NCBI RefSeq assembly: GCF_018350175.1
Contig: NC_058368.1
Span: 144,772,001-144,836,000, forward strand
Direction of reading: 5' to 3'
DNA from: Felis catus
Lineage: Eukaryota
Length of the DNA: 64,000 nucleotides
Under the pieces are notes generated by a model. The model was not told the origin of the DNA, searched no databases, and was given only the letters and a program-made list of their open reading frames with translations. Made by a program: the position numbers and the translations under genes. The first letter of the stretch is position 1, and every line of letters begins with the position of its first letter. Of the stretch, positions 39,928-54,236 are shown one piece after another.

Positions 39928-42599
39928 TTATGTTTAAATATTTCAGCATAAGGGAAAAGAATAAAAGTTAAATGGATGTATTCTAGTAACTCATCCTCTG
40001 GTTCAGTGAAGTACCACTATGCCCACACTTAGAGATGACCTGGATCAATGACAGTTCTTTTGCTCTGTAAGTTGTACTTCTACTGAATGGAAATTATTGT
40101 ACTGTCTTTGATTTGAAATTCAAAACTAATACCTAGTATATCTAGCTATTTAAATAGCAATTTTATTAAGTTAGTACCAACTTTAAATATTTTGTTAGAT
40201 ATGACCCTTCTTTTGTTTTAAAAACAATTCATCAAAGCTGTATCCATTATCCCACATAACCAGAAGCTGATTATATTTAGACCACTTAACAAGTATAAGT
40301 ACTGAATAGTATAGGAGACACTGACATCAGACCCCAAATTGGAGAGCAACTTCTCTTGAGTAGCAGAGAAATATTCAGCATCTATTAGGTATTTAGTCAA
40401 TATTTATTGTTCATTATTACCAAATTCTGTATGCAGTAATTATGTTGGAGAGGAGAATATTTAAATAGGGTATAAAGAGATTAGGGAAGAACCCTAGCTA
40501 TCCATATTCCATGCCTGCATTTAATTTGTTGAGATATTTTTTGATTGTTGATTTTGCTTTATATAAAAATATCATAACAATCTCTTTAGGAAAAATGTTG
40601 ACATGTGCTTCTGTCAGAATTTGATTTTGGCGAACATTCAGTTAAAACCCAAACAGACTGCACCGGCTTTTTAAGTGCTTTGAAGCTCATTTTAATTTTG
40701 GAGACTTCACTCTTTATTCTTCACACTTTTAGAGACATGAAAAAGAAAGACAGCGAATTATACTAAAGTTGTATTCTTTGTGTGGATTACTTTAACTACA
40801 ATATTACTTGATAGTGCCAGGTAAAGAGACATGGGGAAATACTCCAGAGAGCAGCTATTTAGAACACTCCTCTCTATAATCTAATTTGTAGAAAATTGCA
40901 CATTCTGGTTTTTAAGTTGGAAATAACTAGCTGTTCTTCCAAACATGCACATAATACAAACTGAGTTACCAGAAAACTAACCATAGTTAGTGTGTGATTG
41001 ATGGAGAGGGAATGACTGCCTTCCCAGCTATAAAGTTCAATGAGAGGAAGGGAATGTAAAAGTACCAGACTTTAGAAATACTCAAGATGGGCTCAATTGA
41101 ATTCAGTGTATCAAACATTTGTTAAATTCCTACTGATTTCCCAATACTGAGAAGTCAGTGTTATCTCTTAATAAGTCTGCTCAGTGGCAATTAGAGAGCC
41201 AGCTACAGTAGATGCCATTTTAGAGCTTAAGATTTCCAGAGAACTACCAGATCCTTGCAAATACAGGCTATAAGACATTCACTAAGGAGTACCTAATAGA
41301 CATTCATTCCAGTTACCTGAGAGAACAGGATGTTGAGTTTATTAAACTATTCTTGTTAATAAAATGTTACCATGTATGCCAATATGAATAACCAGTTTTG
41401 AATGATTTAAATGATAACTAAAGTGCAATAATCAATAAGACTAATTTTTTTTATTTTTATATATTTTGATTGTATATATCGAGTATCTATTATGTATATA
41501 CAGCACTATACTAGATTGCATTAGGGATCATGAACAAATATTATCATAATAATAGTTGCCATTTATTAAGCATTTATTATTGACCAGGCACTGAACTAAG
41601 TATTTATGCATGTCAATTACATGAGGTTGGTACTATTACTAGTTTCATTTTACAAACGAGGAAACCCAGGCTTGGAAAGATTGAATACAATGTTCTAAAT
41701 AGTGATTTTGACTACAGAAGCAATAGGAACTCTCAGAAAAGACCAACCAAGGAACACTCTTCAGAGAAGTGCTTAGCTAAAGATGGGCTTCAGATGCTCA
41801 ACAGCCATGGTTTACGCTATAGACTTTTAAGGGTCATGAAATTAAAAATAGAAAATAGAAATATGGGGAACCAACATATGATCACAATTTTTACGTGTGA
41901 TTATATGCAGTTGTTTTTTTTTACAAGTGTGTCAGATATTAATTTAACAGGACCAGCTTGCTCGGGTTCTTGATTTTGATTGTCTTTCATACAGTATGCT
42001 AATCAAAGTGGAGAAACTCTAAAGCTATTACTGATTTCCTGGGGGAAACAGAGAAGCTGGAAACAGTAGCAGACTAGGTAAGTGGTTGTAATCCAGGTAT
42101 GAGATGATGACTGATTAAAATGGTGGCATCTCCATTCATTCATTCCTTTAACTAATATTGACTGAATACCTGTGCTGTTGTTAGCCTCTATGTAAGGTGA
42201 TGGAAATGTAAAACAGCCATGATCTCTGTTCTCTTGGAGACTAGTGGAAGCCATGGATTAATTAAAGGAATAAATAACAAAATGAATTAAGTGCCCTGAA
42301 GAAACATCAATTTTATGGGAGTCATAACATGAGAAACTAGACCTAGGGAGGATGTCAGGGCAGATGTCCAAGTGGAGGGGATGCTTCAGCTGACATGTGA
42401 AGGATGAGTAGGATAAAAATAGATGTGTTGAGGAGGAAGAAGAGAGAAAAGGAGAGCACACTGAGCAAAAGGAACTGCAAAGATCCCGATCAAAGTCTTT
42501 AAGGATAAAATGCAGAAAGCAAGAAGGAGAGCTGGTACGGTAAGGCTGAAGGGTCGGCTGAGAATGGACTATGCACAGGGCCTTGAAGCTCTTGGTTGA

Positions 42600-43960
42600 C
42601 AGTTTTCTAATTATTATTGAAGATATTGGTTCACTGTCTTATGGATTCCATTGTTTCTGATGAGGTCATAAGTAATTCTGACCAGTGTTCTCCTATGTAT
42701 AGCACAGTGTTTTTCTCTGCCAGCTTTTAAGATTTTCTTTTCATCATAGTTTGCCTGTGATAGATGTGAGGTTTTGTTTTGTTTTGTGTTTGTATTAATC
42801 TTGCTTGGTGTCCTATGATCTCGAATCTGTAAATGTATGTCTTTCACCACATATGAAAAATTTCAGCTACTATTTCTTTAAATGTTTGTTTTATGCCTCA
42901 GACTTTCTCTCATTTCTTTTGGGGCTTCTTTTACATGTATGTTATGATTTTTGATGTGGTTTTGATATATCTGTTCACTTATTCATTTTTTAAATTCATC
43001 TTTTCCCTTTTCTTCAGACTGAATAATTTTTATTGTCCATCTTTATGTTCACTTACTCTCCTCCAATCAGCTGTTAATTAAGCCTATCCAGTGAATTTTT
43101 AAATTTCAGATACTGTAATTTTCAGTTTGGGAATTTTCATTTGGTTCTTTTTTTAGTTTCTACTTCTGTCTTGAGACTTACTATCTTTTCATTCTTTATG
43201 ATGATTTTTATTTTATGATGAGTTTTTATTACATCCTCAAGCATACTTATGATAGCTGCTATAGAATAATGGATGCTTAATTCTAACACTCGGATCATCG
43301 AGGCTTGATCACCATTATCTTTTCACTTAAGAATGCATCATATTTTCCTGTTTCTTTGTATATAAAGTAATTTTGGACTATATCCTAGCCATGGTGAGTG
43401 ATACATTGTAGAAATTATGGGTTCTTACATGTTTCTCTAAACAGTATTGTTTTGTTTTGTTTTTCCAAGTAAGTACTTAACTAAATTCCCACTATAAAAC
43501 TCTATCTCCCTAGAGGTTGTAACAGCCCTTTCCCAATTCTTTTGGCATCATCTAGCAAGGCTGGAGTTTCTTCTATGCATGCATGATTCAAGCTTCACCA
43601 GAGATCTGAGCCAAAAATATAGATAGATTATACAGCTCTGCCTCTTCAGTTCTCTCCTCTCTTGAAACTTCCTCCTCACATTTAAGTAGCTGTGTTTTCC
43701 CCAAATCCTATAGCTCTTCAAATCAGCAAGTCTGTGGGTTTTCCATCAAAAATTTAGCTGGGAGCAGAGTAAGGTCTTTCTTCAGGCTTAAAGGCATTAA
43801 AAAACTAAAACAAAACAGAGAAAGTTAGCTAGTACCATTCTCTTCTTCCAAGTGTTGACTTCCAAGTGTTTAAATCTGCTTTTTTTCACCTGTCAGTTGC
43901 CCATAAGTAGGTTTTATTTACTGTTTTATCCAGAGTTTATAGCAGTTATCTATGTGCCTT
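42600..43960 (-). mobile_element. Old L1 fragment (ORF1/5' region) inside degenerate L2-like sequence
   Basis: Minus ORF 42614..42850 has L1 ORF1-like RTPSKIN..KKILKAGREK. Confidence 0.55.
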
Positions 43961-46137
43961 TTTTTTTTTCTAATAGGAGATACTTACTATGCCAGAAGAG
44001 GAAAGCTTGTAACTCTTGATAAAGAAGACGGGGGGGGGGGGGGGGGGGAGGGGGGGGAGATAAACAACAATGATATGATCAGATTAGCACCTTCAAAAAA
44101 TATTTTAGATGTAGTGTGGAGAGGACACCAGAATGAATGGAGATGATCAGTTTAGAAACCACTGCTGAAGTTCCTATGAAGGATGATGATAGGTTGGCCT
44201 AGGTGGTGGCAGTGGAGCCACAGCAAGGTGGTTGGGTTTGAGTGATTTCTTTAAGGTAACACTGATAGGACTTAGTTCATGGGCTGAGTATGTGGAGGGG
44301 GAAGCAAGGTAGACAGAGGTATCAAGAAGGGATGACTCCTAGATTTTTGACTTGTGTTACTGGATGGACTGCATGCCATTCCTAAGAGAGTGAACCCTGG
44401 ACAAGATTCAGAAATGCAATACAGAAAAGGGTGAGTTTGTGATATTTCAAAATAAGAAATGTATACAGAGGGTGGAGAATGACTCAGATATGGTTTCATT
44501 CCTCTAGGCTTAAGGAACGACTAGAAAAATGGGACTACTGACAGAAATGAGGTTTAATGCCAAAATGATAGTGAACATATTTAATCTTTATTTAAATATT
44601 GAGAAGATCTTTTGGAATCTAGCAGTGTCTGGGTGTCACAGAAGAGCCTTAGGTCCATGGCTGGGATCATTATTTATCATAGTAATGGGCCCGTGGAAAA
44701 GTGCTGGTCAACGAGGAACTCTGGCTGGGAAAATGCCAGGAAAACCAGTTTTTGTACTACTCTTATCAAAGAAAGGACAGCACTATGGCGGAGCATTTCT
44801 CTGGCACAGATTCTGTTGCACCTTGACTAAATAACGCCCCTTGCTTATGTGGTGCTTCTCACCATAGAGTGTTTAACACAGGTATTTCCATGTTTCCAAA
44901 CTAACTTTATCATAAAGGTTTCTTTAATGTTGTACTATTAGCAACAGAGCTATTAATCCAAAGCAGTTGGTTATCAATGGAATCAGTCTATGGCCTGAGT
45001 TTCCAAAGATGTAAAAAGGCAGACACTTTTCTGACAATTGCAGCACAGCAATTGTTTATTCTTTACAGGACAGAAGCACAAAATGATCACTTCATTATTC
45101 ACATAATGTATTCAGTTGCCTTGGCAATAGGCATCATTTTTATTAGCAACCTCAGTGATTTTTACACTTGTTTCCCTTAGATGTGAATTAATTTTACATT
45201 TATTCTTCCATTATTTATGTTATTATAATCAACCTCAAATACTGATAAAAACTGTTAAGAGAGAAACCAAACAGACCTATCAACAAACAGAAAACAAACA
45301 AACAGATTGACATGAATATGTGACTAAATTTTGGGGGCTGTTAACACACAGGGGATTAGAAACTCTGTTGCTACTCAGTGAGAAAAGCGGGGTTCTGTCA
45401 TCATCTGAACTTTACTTTTGTCCTTTGTAAAATAAGAGTCCTAAGAAACATGATCTTAAGCTCCTTCCAGCTTTAGTTTTTAATCTTAACATGTTTTCCT
45501 TCACAATATACCTTTGCCGGGTCTGTTCCTGCGTTATGCAAAGCCTGACTTCATTTCAGAAATGAGATTCCAAGGTTTGGACCCATTCATCACCAACCTA
45601 CCTATCCATGAAAGCAGAGGTTTTTGTTTAGTGCTTCCTAAGCACTGGAGAACTAACTTTAGCTTACATGCGAATTGGCCAGGCAGAAAATAAAGAGGTG
45701 AAGAGATCAACACACAAAATAATTACAGATTGTGCTAAGCAGTAGGAAGGAAGTAAAAAAGGGCATTCTGCTAAAACTGCTGGAAGAGTACAAATGTAAA
45801 CAAGTGGTCAAGAAAGACTTCTCTGAGGAAAGGCTGTTTAAGCTGAGATGTAATGCATGGAAAGGGCAAAAGAAGGTCATAATGGTAAAATGAGAAGCAG
45901 GGGCAAAGGTCCTGAGAGGAGACGATATAAGGTGTGGTAGCAACAAACTGAATGCAGAAGCAGATATAAGAAAGGAGTAATCTATCAAACTAGATAGTAA
46001 AGAGATTTGCAAAATGTAAACTAAGAGCATGCCTTTAAGCATAGTTTTATTACTGGTGAAAATAGTTGTTTTTCAATAAAATTATGTCATGGGTTTATTC
46101 TTGTTCTTTTAAAATGAATTCATTTTAAAAGATTTTG

Positions 46138-46341
46138 AGGGTCTCCTGGGTGGCTCAGTCAGTAGGGCATCTAAGTTCGTCTCAGGTCATGATCTCAGGG
46201 TTGCTGAGTTTGAGCCCATCATCAGGCTCACTGCTGTCAGCCCAGAGCCCGCTTGGGATCCTCTGCCCCCCCCCCCCACCTCTCTCTGCTGCCCCAACCC
46301 AGCTTGTGCCCTCTCAAAAAATAAATATTTTAAAAAATAAC
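46138..46341 (+). mobile_element. CanSINE (SINEC)
   Basis: ggggtctcctgggtggctcag start; TSD aaaagattt. Confidence 0.88.
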
Positions 46342-46479
46342 AAAAGATTTCGGTGATGGTCAATATCAACAAAATAACCCACATAAACGAAAGTGCGGGG
46401 TCCTCACTTACCTAATGGGGTAAAGGAGTCCTGAGGCTGAAAGGTCTGAGAATCACTGGTCTAGGTCATTCCCGGTGTT

Positions 46480-47201
<722 letters not shown>

Positions 47202-48247
47202 TCAGAGGACTGTAGAGAGAATTAAATGAAGTAATGTACGTAACTCAGCGTGTGCCTGGCTGAGGTAATACAGGTGTTTGCTAAGTAAATAGTGAGGATA
47301 ACAGCCATCTGAAGAACTTGACAGACGGTGCGAGGTTAAGGATTGATTTGTTAACTGTTGTCCAGAGAATGCGGACATTTTGCTTTAGAAACTGATTTTA
47401 GAGTGTTTGACTACCTTTTCTTCCCCCTGGCTGTTGACTGCCAGGTAGAGTGGACCCTCACTCCTCAAGCCCTAGTTCAAAATACACCTTCTGGTTCTTA
47501 GGATGTTAAAATAGCTCCCCCAAACCCTTTGTTATTGATCAGTTTGTTGTGAAATTACCCCCACTGCCAAGCAAACACAAAGTGCTGATGTTTGCAGGGA
47601 CATGAGAGTCACTCAACAAAGAAAGGCAATCTTTTGGTTCTAATCTAGAGAATTTAAGATTAGAAACTGTCGCCTCACTATTAATGATGCCAGCAAATCC
47701 CAAGAGACTCTTTTCAGGAGACAAAATCTAGAATATTAAATGAGAATTTTCATTCTCAGCTGTTAACACAAAGCAGCCATTACACTTTCTAGAGCTGAAA
47801 TCAGTGACTTTACAAAGCAGTTCTCATTCAGGAAATAGAGACACCAGAAAACCTCCAGCATATAATAGATTCATAGTTATTGTATTGTTAGGGGTGGCTG
47901 CACCCAGGAGAGCATTTGCAGGTGAAGAAATGGAAGCCTGGAGAGATGAAGCAACATGTCAGACATAATAGGAACAGCAAGAAAGTAGGAGCATGTGGCT
48001 TAAACTTGGGGCTCCTGAGTGTCCAAAGTAGCTTACCACAAAACCTAATCGCTTTCAACAAATTGGTGATGCTTTCTCATTCCTTTACAGCCTGCTAAGC
48101 CCCAGCCTAGAGACGTTGGAATGGGACATTCTGGCAATTTTGCTTTTCCTTTTTTTTTTTTCTGGTTTTTTTTTTTTTTTGCAAAGATCCATATTTCTTT
48201 TTTCTTTTTTTTTCAATATATTGCTTTTCCTTTTAAAGATGTTTTGA

Positions 48248-48442
48248 GGGAGAGAGCCAAACCATAAGAGACTCTTAAAAATGAGGATAAACTGAGGATT
48301 GATGGGCGGTGGGAGGGGGGAGGGTGGGGGATGGGCATTGAGGAGGGCACCCGTTGGGATGAGCACTGGGTGTTGTATGGAAACCAATTTGACAATAAAT
48401 TTCATATTAAAAAAAATAACAGGGCTATAAAAATCTAAAAAA
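48248..48442 (+). mobile_element. Short felid L1 3'UTR end
   Basis: Near-identical to 38979-39137 (gagactcttaaaa..gatgagcactgggtgttgtatggaaaccaatttgacaataaatttcat). Confidence 0.92.
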
Positions 48443-48554
48443 ATATATGTTTTGAAAGAGGTTTCCGTCCCACATAAGCATACATACAAACTGGATGCAT
48501 TGTTAGGCAAGAATTAAGTTTGGCTTTTATATAAGGCATAAAAATGACTTTTAA

Positions 48555-48713
48555 TTGTTTATTTTCATGTTTTTATTTATTTTTGAGAGAAGGAGAGACA
48601 GAGCATGAGCACAGAAAGAGGCAGACTCTAGGCTCTGAACTGTCAGCATGGAGCCTGACACGGGGCTGGAACTCGTGAACTGCGAGATCATGACCTGAGC
48701 CGAAGTTGGACAG
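48555..48713 (-). mobile_element. 5'-truncated CanSINE
   Basis: TSD ataaaaatgactttt at 48538 and 48714. Confidence 0.88.
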
Positions 48714-48849
48714 ATAAAAATGACTTTTTAAAACAAAGTCAAACCCATGCCTCCAAGATGGTCCTCATAGGCAGTTGCATACTTATTTCAATAACAGTGT
48801 TATTACTCGTATCACCCCTTCTTGGAAAATGCCTCTAGAGTTGTTAATG

Positions 48850-49260
48850 CCATGTTGGCAGATCACAGTATTCAGTACACATTCATTCTGTTCGCTGATA
48901 ACTTCACGGGAGGCACTTATTAATGTTGGGCTTTGGCCACATGACTTGCTTTGGAATGGAACACAGTGAGTTAAGGGGGTACCAGTTCCAAGCCTAGCCT
49001 TCAAAGCACCACATGTACCTGTTCTTGGGTATGTCTTACCTCTGCCATGGGAAGTTCATATGCCTGAGCGGCTTTCCATATCAGCATCTGGGTGCTATAC
49101 TGGATCCACCTGTTGCAGAGCCAGGCACCCAACCTACAGACTTGCAGCATGAAGCTGAGCTACCCAGCAGGCACACACACTCATGAATGAGACATAACTA
49201 CTTATTGTTGTTAGGTTCTGTGATTTGGGGATTATTTGTTGCACAGCCATAACTGATGGT
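48850..49260 (+). mobile_element. Old MaLR LTR (MLT1-type)
   Basis: ttggccacatgacttgctttgg; ttccaagcctagcctt; 3' end ttggggattatttgttgcacagc. Confidence 0.6.
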
Positions 49261-50184
49261 TACATGTATGAATTTCATGTATTAATATTTTAGGAAATGC
49301 CTGAAGTTACCAAAAGTAAGATTTTTGTCCTGTTGGTTTATTTTGCATTAAAAAATGGCGACTAAAGTGGTAATATCATATATGTGTTCATTTCTTTGGT
49401 TTCTGGTAAACTAGAGGAATTTCAAACTGTTTTAAGCATAGGTGTAAGAAGGTAGCTTTCCAAAGGGACTATCGGAGGCAGGCAGCTTGTATCTGCATAT
49501 GTATGTGAAGGGATGTTTGATCCAAAAGCAGACAAGTTCACACACTCACTATTGTGTTTTCTATGTGTATTATCTCCTATTTAGATGTCCTTTGATTATG
49601 GTTTCATATCTTTTGTTGGTTTCTCACTGATTTTTGTTTTCAGCCTCTGCCTGAAACTACTATTCTTACGTTTTTCTGAATGGTCTCTTTTTCTCCCACA
49701 CAATGAAAATGTCATCTGCATGTGTGAACATTTGCTGTATCCTTTATCTGTCAAGGATTTTTGCTATTATGCTTAAAGAAAAGGCTTCCATTTTCCATTT
49801 CTGTTTAGAGCCATCTTTTGAAGATGAGCAGAATGTGAAGCCAGCTTGATTTTAAAAGGTCATGCACAAGAGCAGGAAAGCAGATCGGGAGGAGTGTGGA
49901 AAGTATGATAATAACTAGAATAAAGAGAACTTGTTTAGAATGTTGGAGTAGGAAGGAAACTAGACAGTCTAACCCCCTCATTCTGGAGATGAGGAAATGA
50001 AGTGTTTGCCCTGGGTCAGCCTTTTAGAGGTAGAGGTCAGCCTTTTAGAAAACTGAGAACAAGGGACATAAAATATAAGAAGAGAGATGGAACAAAGTGC
50101 TTCCCCTGAAGCACACCCTCCAACAAGAATTTGAAAGCAAACAGTTTATTTGGGAGGAAACTGCAGAGGGCATTAATAGGGGAA

Positions 50185-50343
50185 TCAAAGTGTGGTCCCC
50201 AGACGAGCAGCATGGGCACTGCCTGGGAGCTTGTTAGAAATGCAGAATCTCAGGCTTCATCCCAGACCTGCTGAATCAGAATCTGAAATTTATTAAGACT
50301 CTCACGTGAGTCATAAGCACATTAAAGTTTGTGAAGAACAGCC
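50185..50343. mobile_element. MER5A-like hAT-Charlie element
   Basis: caaagtgtggtcccc..gggagcttgttagaaatgcagaatctcagg..cagacctgctgaatcagaatctg. Confidence 0.8.
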
Positions 50344-51179
50344 TAAGTTACCCCTCCTGGAGAAAAGGGAGCTGGAGGATAAAGACTTCATTGACTAAGG
50401 GCTGCTCTGGGGAGCATTAACTCCCCAGCACTTATGCTGACTGCAGGGCAAGGGCGCTCAGAGCATTGCATCAGTAGGCATTAAGACACTGTCAGTGTGT
50501 ACTGGGCACTGGCATAGTGGGTGCTGAGGGAATTCACGCAAGGCACAGAAAGCCATGATACTTACACTGTGCTGAATATCAGAGGCAGCTGGGAGTCTTT
50601 TCATTTTAGGAGACGAATCCCAGGCAGAAAGTTTAGTAACTCAAAGAATTTCATATGGAGATGAACTTTATTAGTTATCAGACTCGATTCTACCTTTGGT
50701 ATGTTATGCATGGTGTCAGGCCAATGTTTTCAAGTTCAAATTTCAGTTATAAGGATGCAGTTCAAAGCTTAAACACAGAGTTCCTAAGCAAAAATTCCAG
50801 AATGGGCTTTCTTATATTTCGGTTGCCAACTTTTTCCAGGGTCTCTTCCTCTTCTTCACTCCTGGACTCTGCTCTTGGGATCAGTCTCCCCTTGGGGCCA
50901 TTGGACTGTCCCATTTAGCACCTGGGGCCTCAAGCCAACCTTTCTCCTGTTTGTCCCTGTGCTTCCAGTGGCCCCAGCTCTCAGAGAGACAAGCATTAGG
51001 TGTGAAACCTGGGAGTCACCTATGCATGTGGAGTGTAGCACTTTATTTTGTTTGAACACAAGCCGTGTACATACAGACTAATTTTTTCACTTCCCCAAAA
51101 TTGCTAGGCCCCACCTATATCCTAGGCACTGCTTAGTGGAGTCCCCTGGGTGCCACCAATACTACCTGTCAATATGGGG

Positions 51180-51640
51180 GACTGCAGTGATTGTTTTCAA
51201 ATATTGAACCAGGCTCTCATCCTAGAATAAATCCCTCTTGGTCATGGTGTATAATTCTTTTTATATACTGCCGAATTCTATTTCCTAACATTTTGTTAAG
51301 GGTTTTTGTATCTATATTTTTGATACTGGTCTATAGTTTGTTTACTCTCTCTCGCTTGCTTGCTTGCTACTGTCTTTGTCTGGTTTTGATGTTACATTCA
51401 TAAAGTGAATCAGGAAGCATTCCCTCTATATTCTGGAAGACATTGTGCAGATTTGGTGTTCTTTATATGTTTTCTAGAATTCTCCAGTGAAACCATCTGA
51501 ATGCTGGAGATTTTTTTGGATAGGTTTCTAAACTATAAATTCAAATTTTATAAATAGTTTTAGAGCTACTCGACTTAATGTTATTTGGTATGGGTTGAGT
51601 TTTGGTAGTTTGTGGCTTTAGAGGAATTGGCCTGTTTTGT
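51180..51640 (-). mobile_element. Old L1 ORF2 fragment
   Basis: aatattgaaccagg..tcttggtcatggtgtataattctttt..ccagtgaaaccatctg. Confidence 0.7.
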
Positions 51641-52392
51641 CTCAGAGACAAAGGTAGAGACTGAGCTAACATCTGATGGCAGAGCCCTCCCATCTCTTCT
51701 TAGCCCCTGAAGCTGACCTTCCTTTGCCTCTAGGTTCACTCATATCCTTCAATCTCCTGCCCTCAGCATTTCCTTGCTTTCTAAGCTGACTCTCAACTAA
51801 TTCCCTCCCTGGCAGTTGTTCTCTGGCAAAATTCTCTGGCCCTTCCCAGACATGCTGAATACATACTGAATACAATCCTGAATACTGAATTAGAAACTGT
51901 GGAGTGGGGGCAATAACCTGTGTTTGAACAAAAATTGCATGTGATTCTGTTGCACACTAATGTTTGCTTTTGTCTTTTGTCAAGGAGATAGAACTTTCAT
52001 CACAATCTTTTCCCGAGCATGTATTCAGTTTAACAAGAGCCCTTTACAATCACTAAAGGAAGCAGTGATGCAGGAGAAAGAGCCACAGTCTTGGTCCAGG
52101 GAGATGTGTTTGTGTCTGAGGTGGACTCTCCTCTTACTGATGTTGACCTTGAATATGTCACTCAGTTGATCTGAGTTAAGAACTCAAGCCCAGATAATTT
52201 CATCAATACTCATAACATGCTACACAGCCCTGTGAAGCGTGGGAACTATTATAGTTGCCATTTCATAGATGAGGAAACTGAAGCAACTTGCCCGAGACCA
52301 TATAAGGTAGTAGTAGATCCCAGATTCAAATCCATTAGTCTAGCTGTTGTCTCAGCTACTCCAAAGGTCATGCTTTTTCTAGTCTAAGCTAC

Positions 52393-52447
52393 TTCATTCA
52401 TTCATTCATTCATTCATTCATTCATTCACTCATTCATTCATCATTCA
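52393..52447. repeat. (TTCA)n microsatellite
   Basis: Direct observation; adjoins an L2-like 3' end. Confidence 0.9.
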
Positions 52448-52739
52448 ACTGGTGCACATTCATGAGTGCCTACTGTGACCCGGAGACTATTCTAGGCATT
52501 GGATAAATGAAATGGTATGTGAGACAGATGGAATCTGACTTTATAGAATTTATAGTTTATAGAGTTTATAGAGTTTACAGCACATGTGAAAGTGCTACAT
52601 AAACACAAATCATTCTAATAAAGATGAGACAGAATGATAAATGTGGATGGAAGCTGGCTGTGGGCAACTCTTCAGATTGTATCCTTCCACTGACCATTTA
52701 CTAGACTAAAGATCAATCTTGATTTGTGTCCATGTTTTC

Positions 52740-52969
52740 AAATTTTTTTAATTTTTATTTATTTTTTTACATTTATTTATTTTTTGAGAGACATAGAGAG
52801 AGCACAAGTTGGAGAGGGGCAGAGAGAGAAGGAGACACAGAATCCAAATCAGGCTCCAGGCTCCAAGCTGTTAGCACAGAGCCCGACATGGGGCTCGAAA
52901 TCACAAACCGTGAGATCATGACATGAGATGAAGTCAGATGCTTAACCGACTGAGCCACCCAGGGGCCCC
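52740..52969 (-). mobile_element. CanSINE (SINEC)
   Basis: Ends gagccacccaggggcccc. Confidence 0.9.
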
Positions 52970-53476
52970 ATGCTTCCATGTCTTTTAAATAATCACAAAC
53001 TTACAGAAAAGTTGAAGTACCCATGCAAATGTTTTCCCTAAAACATATGAGAGTAAGTTGCCAACTTGATGATCTATTACTCCTAAATACTATAGTTTGA
53101 ATTTCCTATAAGCCAGACATTCTCCTGTTTAACCAGAACACACTGCCAAAGTGAGGAAGTTAACATTTACACTTTATTACCACTGATCCTTGGGCTCCTT
53201 TCTGTGTCACCAATGGTCCCAAGGGAGACAGTGCTTTGTGTTACATTCAGTTGTCATTTCTGTTGTCTTCCTTCAGTCCAGGAGTCTTCGATCTTTTTGT
53301 GACTTTCATGACCTTGCCACTTTTGAAGGTTCCAGGCCAGAATTTTTGTCGAATGACCCTCAATTTGGGTTTGTCTGATGTCTCCTTGTAACTAGATAGA
53401 GTTTATGCATCTTCAGCAGGAATGGCATAAAACGATGCTGCATTCTTTGTGCATTTTATCAGGTAATGCACAATTT

Positions 53477-53689
53477 CTTTTTTTTTAATGTGTATTATTT
53501 ATTTTTGAGAGAGAAAGACAGAGTGTGAGCAGGGGACGGGCAGAGAGAGAGGGAGGCACAGAATCCGAAGCAGCTACAGGCTCCAAGCTGTCAGCACAGA
53601 GACGGACGCGGGCCTCGAACTCACAAACCATGAGATCATGACCTGAGCTGAAGTCGGAAGCTCAGCCGACTGAGCCACCCAGGTGGCCC
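53477..53689 (-). mobile_element. CanSINE (SINEC)
   Basis: TSD tgcaca(a/g)tttc. Confidence 0.9.
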
Positions 53690-53739
53690 TGCACAGTTTC
53701 AGTCGGTCACATTTTTGATGATTTTCATTTCTAAAAATA

Positions 53740-53751
53740 ACTTTTTTAAAG

Positions 53752-53782
<31 letters not shown>

Positions 53783-53938
53783 AAAGGGGCATCGAGAGGG
53801 TGAGAGAGAGAATTCTAAGCAGGTTCGCGCTGTCAGAGCAGAGCCTGACATGGGGCTCGATCCCACAAACTGTGAGATCGTGACCTGAGCCGAAATCGAG
53901 AGTCGGATGCTCAACTGACTGAGCCAGCCAGATGCCTC
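53740..53938 (-). mobile_element. CanSINE (SINEC)
   Basis: SINE body ending gagccagccagatgcctc. Confidence 0.9.
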
Positions 53939-54197
53939 AATGATGTTCATTTTGGTCATTTGATTGAGGTGGTATCTCCAGGCTTTTTAATTTATAAGCA
54001 TTTTGTGTGGAGGTACTTTGAAACTATGTAAATATCTCATTCTTCATTAAAATTTAAATTTATACATTATTTATATCTCTGTGGACTCATGGTTTCCTAT
54101 TTTATTCAATGGGCTATACTCTTTTATTATAATTATTCATTTTGAAGCTCAAATTGTCCTTGGTTGGGTCAGAGGGAACCCCCCCAAGCTGGCTTCT

Positions 54198-54198
54198 G

Positions 54199-54235
<37 letters not shown>

Positions 54236-54236
54236 G
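54198..54236. repeat. (TTG)n microsatellite
   Basis: Direct observation. Confidence 0.95.

Noticed and set aside
44030..44058. Long poly-G tract
   Set aside because: Simple homopolymer in degenerate repeat sequence; no evidence of function and prone to sequencing error
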